Program-made: the position numbers and the translations under genes
Part shown: piece after piece, positions 35,430 to 40,616 of the stretch
How positions within the stretch are numbered: the stretch's first letter is position 1
Layout: each line of letters starts with the position of its first letter
The notes under the pieces: model-generated
Told to the model about the DNA's origin: nothing
What the model saw: only the letters and a program-made list of their open reading frames with translations
Database searches by the model: none
Assembly (NCBI GenBank): GCA_000934665.2
Contig: JYFJ02003516.1
Location: 1 to 40,616, forward strand
From: Catajapyx aquilonaris
Taxonomy: Eukaryota
Direction: 5' to 3'
Length of the DNA stretch: 40,616 nt

Positions 35430-37149
35430 ATATTGAGATTGCTGGGCTTACAGCTAGAACACCATTAACATATTTTATCGACGTTATAAGCTAGGTAATT
35501 GGCAAATTGGGCATTGCGCATCCTAACATTACTGTGATGTCATCGTGAATAATAAACACTAATAACAGATGACGTGTCCTAGACGTTCATAAGGCTACTA
35601 CAAATGGAATTATTCCTAAAAATTTCCTAATAACAACATGCAAAAGGGCAATAGAAGTGTTGTAGGGAATATGTTCTGTAGGGTTGTAGGAATGTTCCGT
35701 GGGATAATTCACAGGAAAAAAAACTCGTGTGAAAATCTTTACCAGAAATGAAGGCACCTAGGCCATGTGAGCCACCAAATAAGAAAATCGATCGCGTATT
35801 CCGAGCGGTCCTCTCTCTTTTAAGACGTCATTCATTGTCATAGCCTACAGCAAGATTATTATTATTTGTTGCTTATTGCCTGTTGCTTATAATATTTGAC
35901 TTATTAAAGCACGCTCATAAAGTTAATTTTAGTATAATGATTTAAGAGCACGGTAATCGTGGTAATTGTTAGTCGTCTACACTTACAGTCTACAGGAACT
36001 AAATGCCTTCTACGCAGTCACTCTTCTTCCTCATTTTGAAAGGCTATGTGACAGATGTGGTAGAGATAGGGAAAGTGGGCCTCCTCTTGTATATTATGGG
36101 GAATCTTCTGCAATCAGTAGTCATTTATTTTTTAAAAAAAGCTATCTCACTGGAATTAATTTTACAGTGGCGCATTACAAAATAGGATTTGTATACAGTG
36201 CCGGTATTTCCACTGGATGATTGCGTGCATATAATAACAACATTGCAATATAAAGTACCGGTATACCTGCGAGTCAGGCACTATTTTCCTGGATGCAGTC
36301 CAGTCATCTGCGCTAGTGAACAGGTAGCCTATACTATACGTTGGGTATTTGAATAACCGTGGTCATGTACTGTACACTCTCTTTGCATGTGCACTTTGTG
36401 CAAAATTAGAAGGAATATAACATTATTATTGAAAGAGAAGAGTGGTCGATTTCAAAATGGCAATGTGCCAGGCCGATGAGAGACCTTGAAAGCATGCATG
36501 AGAGCATGCGAGACGAGAACGACCTCCGCACGTGTGTGTGTGTGTGCGTGTGGGTGAGGAGTATAGGGAGGGTTGTGGTGGGGTGTTTCTAGAATCTAAC
36601 AATACTTCCGCTTGGAATCATCATAGAGAGTGCCTCGCTGTCAGAGCTGCGCGTATACTGACACCATCCCTGTGCAACACTGGCCTTGACTGATTATTAC
36701 AGCCCTTTGGACTGACTGTTTGATATGGAATGCGTGTACTTCACACGCTGACACTAGACCTGGTGGCATTGTTAGGGTAAGAGCACTGCTGGCTGCGAGG
36801 AAGATGGTCATTTGGAAGTGGACTCTTAGGTGCCTCGTCAGCAAGGGAAGCTACGTACCACTCAACATTAGGAGGTGGTAAGAAGTGAATATTGCATAAG
36901 GGGTGGTTTTTATGTAGTCAAAGGATGAACATGCAGCTTTTTTCTGAGATAGAGCGTATGTGGCGTAAGTTAAGCTCGAGTTTCGCTGCCATCGCGCATT
37001 GTAAACAACTATTAAATAATATGTTGTGTAAGTTATTATACAGCAGCAGTGCAGCAGCAGCAAAGCCACAATACAGTTAGTTGTTAAAATTCGTGCTTAA
37101 AGCCACACAGGCTAAAAATGACAATTTCCAGATTAATGTGTGTCAAGGA

Positions 37150-37221
<72 letters not shown>

Positions 37222-37260
37222 GATCATTATTATTATTACGATCATCATCATCATCATCAT
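37150..37260. repeat. Compound microsatellite (TAT)n-(CAT)n
   Basis: Read directly. Produces the poly-Y/poly-L/poly-H ORFs. Confidence 0.95.
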
Positions 37261-37494
37261 CTAGTGCCACACCGAAAGTCTCCATAATTTTGTGTAAAAT
37301 AGTCGTCATAATACTCTTTTACCCATCTTGCCTATTTCGATCGACAATGAAGCATTAGCTTATAAGTGCCACTTTAGAAAAGTAGCCGATAAGTGCAGAA
37401 GTTTTCTTGAAATATGTTGACAAGTAATGCACATCTGGTTCTTATAACACAAATGGCAATAAAATGTTTCAGTATTATTTTTAACACTCTTATA

Positions 37495-37632
37495 GCCACA
37501 GCATTCCACTTCTGAGGTCCCGAGTTCGATATCTGGATGCACGCCTGGATGGAAATATGACAATTTCTCATACGGGAAGAGGGTGGAAGGGTTCTCTCCG
37601 TGTTCACGTGGGTTTTTTCGGGATTACCTGCG
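37495..37632 (+). mobile_element. Degenerate tRNA-derived SINE remnant
   Basis: B-box-like GAGGTCCCGAGTTCGATATC followed by TTCTCTCCGTGTTCACGTGGGTTTTTTCGGG, which resembles a common SINE central domain. No A-box or TSD clear. Confidence 0.45.
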
Positions 37633-38794
37633 TGTCAATCATGCAGAATGTCTAATTTTTACTGCCATTTGCTATTTTCTGAGTATTAACTGAATGTGTC
37701 TATTTTGTAAGACAGAACGCGTCATAATTATCTTACAAGGATGAATTTTACGATTTAGGCTGAAAAGATCTCTTCCAGACTGACGCTGCTCTGTGTATAA
37801 ATAATTTTAATTGGAAGCTGTTCCTAATTATATTAAAAAGTAGATGAAAAAGTGATACTCAGTTTCTAAATGTCTGTTCTGAGTCGTGAAAACATGAGCT
37901 CGAAACTCGTAAATCATACCACAGGCCTACTGGAGATTCTTACATTATTTATTTTGCGTGCTGCATTGATTTTTGTGGCATGTATCGGCAGTATCGCAAC
38001 TATGTACCTAATTGAGGACCAAAGAATCCATTGTGCCCAAGTCAAGGTTTTTGGCATATTCGTTTTATTGCGGAATAATCTGCCCGTGGGCTCGATCTCT
38101 TCGTTAAAAGGTTCCAGCTTTGTACTGTATAGTAGAGTCTACTACACGGCATAATAAAGTTCCGTCATATGCACAGCATATGACAATTTATTTACGATCC
38201 TTTTATTGTCCTCACTTAATTAGCACTGGGTTGTCTGGTGTCGCGTCGGTTGCATTCAGATAAGGCTGTGGGTAGGATATGCCTTGACATAGAAGTCCGA
38301 CTATACCGAAAGTGTCGTATTAATAGGCGAATAGTCGTATTAATTTTTATATGGGACATAGGTTAATGTAAATTCCTAGTGGAAAAGTTTCTTGCATAAT
38401 ATCTACTGTTAAGTAATGAATATCAAAACTGCTCAGATTTCCGAAGGACATTCCATCGTCTCACAGGCCAGACTTGGCACAATGCCACAGTAATGTTTTA
38501 TTATTTTTATGGTTTCATAATAACCATGAGCAATCCCGGCGCCACCTTTGTCCTATTATACTGTACAATGTGTTCCAAGTATCCAATGTCAGGGTCGCTT
38601 TTAGTTATGGCTAATATCACCCAAAGTTGTTATTTTTGTGTAACTATTATTGTTGCGCCCCGATCCAGATGTCCAATTACAGTATTCTAGGTGGTCGAAT
38701 ATAGCAGTTTCTACATAATATGGCACCTCGGTCTAGATGCAAAAAGCTACAAGAAAATGACAGCTTCAGGCGAATTTGTATAGCCTACAATATA

Positions 38795-38989
38795 CAGATG
38801 TCCCAGATTCGTGGGTCACTTTTTGATAACTGATATCGCCCGATAGCAGTTATTTTTTGTAGCTTGTGTCCCTAACCAGCATGTGCTCCATTCTATAGAA
38901 TTATATACATGATTATACAAGATACAAAAATAACTGCTATCGGGCGATATCAGTTATCAAAAAGTGAGCCACTAATCTGGAACACCCTG
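38795..38989. mobile_element. Tc1/mariner-type MITE with long TIRs
   Basis: TA|CAGATGTCCCAGATTCGTGGGTCACTTTTTGATAACTGATATCGCCCGATAGCAGTTATTTTT ... AAAAATAACTGCTATCGGGCGATATCAGTTATCAAAAAGTGAGCCACTAATCTGGAACACCCTG|TA. Confidence 0.9.
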
Positions 38990-39114
38990 TATTTTATAAA
39001 CCGCAGCCCCGATTAAAATGTGTGTTTTTTGTTTTTGTTTTTTTAATTCTGAGTCCCGGATAGACGAATATGTAAAGCAATAAACAATGAAGCATTAAAC
39101 AAAATTAGTTTCAG

Positions 39115-39800
39115 TGTGACATCAAGATGTGAGCAACGCTTGAGCTACTTCCATCATCCAGGTGTGGAGCCCCTGGAGCCCCTGACGATAGGCCGCCTTT
39201 TAGACAAAGCTGCAGACAAATGTGGCAACTCGACATGTCTAGTGGAAGTGTCGACCAAGAGAAGGAAAACATTCCAAGAGATCAAACATGAAGTGCGTTC
39301 CCCACGTTTACATCCCAAGATTCCAAGAAAGACAAATGTAATATTTTACTTGCATTCCTCCTAGGCTGAAAAATTAGCTGCTGGTTTCATTTCCATGGGC
39401 TTCCAACCAGGAGACAGGATGGGTGTATGGGGTCCTAATTCTTATGAGTGGTACGTCACATTCTTAGCAGCTGCAAAAGCAGGCATCGTGTTGGTAAGAT
39501 GGAAGATTTCATAATTCCATGCCGGCCAATAATTTCACAATATATTATCTGATTGGATTGGTAATGTTTCCAACAGGTGACGGTCAACCCTGCGCTGCAA
39601 GCTCGAGAGGTTGCCTATTGCGTGAACAAAGTTGGCATGAAGGCACTAGTGACTGCGAGAGAGTTTCGAACCCAGGACTATTACAAAATTCTTCTGACAG
39701 CTGCTCCTGAATTGAAAAAATCAAAGCCTGGGCATCTGCAGAGCAAGTCGCTTCCTAGCCTCACTACTGTCATAGGATTTGGGTCATCAGACACACCTGA
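39115..39800 (+). CDS. ACSF2: Medium-chain acyl-CoA ligase ACSF2-like (AMP-binding family); three internal N-terminal exons, first exon not located, remainder beyond window
   Basis: Exons 39115-39292, 39365-39493, 39577-39800 (GT-AG, in phase): LSYFHHPGVEPLEPLTIGRLLDKAADK...KTFQEIKHE|AEKLAAGFISMGFQPGDRMGVWGPNSYEWYVTFLAAAKAGIVL|VTVNPALQAREVAYCVNKVGMKALV...FRTQDYYKILLTAAPEL...LPSLTTVI. Confidence 0.88.
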
Positions 39801-40472
39801 GTAAGTGAATTGATTGTTGAATAATAAAATAACGACGCGACGGTGCAATCTACTTCCCAGACCCAAAAGCACTGGTTATGCAAGTGTGTAACGCTTGTAC
39901 ACATTAATATCATGATCGTTAACTAGTATAACCATGGTTAAGCACATTGGCATTAATCAGTATGTAAAGCTACAAGTACAATAAAGAATTTGAATTTTCG
40001 ATCAGCATACTACTGGGCAGAGGACACGTTTTAAAGTTAGTATAGAGTTAATCCAGTTATTATGGATATCTGTTCGCTTCCAGGTGGCCCCACATTTCTT
40101 GTTGGCAATTTAATATGCTATCCTCCTAACGTCCTAAGTCCTAACTTAAATTTTGTCTAGGAGGTGGATTCAAAAAGAAATACAAATAATATGCACAGGA
40201 AAAGTTCTTGTTGGTAACAATAATTACAATTAACTTGCATAACACATCATAATATTTTCATCCCTTCTGGACCAGAAGGGATGCCGAAAGTGGGATTTAC
40301 AATAGAACCTTATGGGCTTCGAAATTTGAAATAGGATTATCTCAGTTTCACCTCAGATGGATCCAAATATTTTACACAGAAAATAACGAGATGAAATCTG
40401 TCGCATAAAATATTTCATTTTCTGCGATGTAAGCTATGATAACTTGTACAAAAATGGAAAAACTAATCATCA

Positions 40473-40523
40473 ATTCTGGACATCACTAGTAGCGACTAGT
40501 AGTGATGTAGTGATGTCCAGAAT
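40473..40523. repeat. 16-bp inverted repeat with internally duplicated loop
   Basis: ATTCTGGACATCACTA ... TAGTGATGTCCAGAAT, with TAGTGATG duplicated in the right half. Confidence 0.75.
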
Positions 40524-40616
40524 GGGGAACTAGCCTTGGTCTGGGATTTGGGATTTTTGTTCATAACTAGCTAGCCCAGGCCTGTAAACATACATTCCAT
40601 CACTCTGTTGCATCAA

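Noticed and set aside
40251..40296. Peptide NIFIPSGPEGMPKVG resembling the acyl-CoA ligase P-loop (NIQFTSGTTGxPKG) as the next ACSF2 exon
   Set aside because: Key Thr residues are absent, there is no convincing acceptor or flanking homology, and the DNA is a 25-bp palindrome (40259-40283). Probably coincidence.

Overview
Eukaryotic, intron-rich, AT-rich genomic DNA, almost certainly from an arthropod (Cda4-type chitin deacetylase, divergent ionotropic receptor, (TTAGG)n-type repeat). I can reconstruct six protein-coding genes by hand from GT-AG splice sites and frame continuity. (1) A Cda4-like chitin deacetylase (minus strand, 5 exons seen, 3' end runs off the window start). (2) A complete 11-exon CFAP91/MAATS1 (minus). 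(3,4) Two tandem, coding-intronless paralogues of the MpaB/rubber-oxygenase (Lcp-like, DUF2236) haem-oxygenase family (minus). (5) A two-exon divergent ionotropic receptor (plus), head-to-head with the oxygenases. (6) Three internal exons of an ACSF2-like acyl-CoA synthetase (plus, runs off the window end). Introns and intergenic DNA hold several tRNA-derived SINEs (three copies with target-site duplications), Tc1/mariner- and piggyBac-type MITEs, an ~825-bp foldback element, a CA-flanked element carrying telomere-type (CCTAA)n repeats, and a striking number of near-perfect short palindromes. No CRISPR array, rRNA or intact tRNA gene is supported. The best candidate for something undescribed is the diverged oxygenase pair and its neighbourhood (oxygenases + IR + acyl-CoA ligase), which is a hypothesis only.
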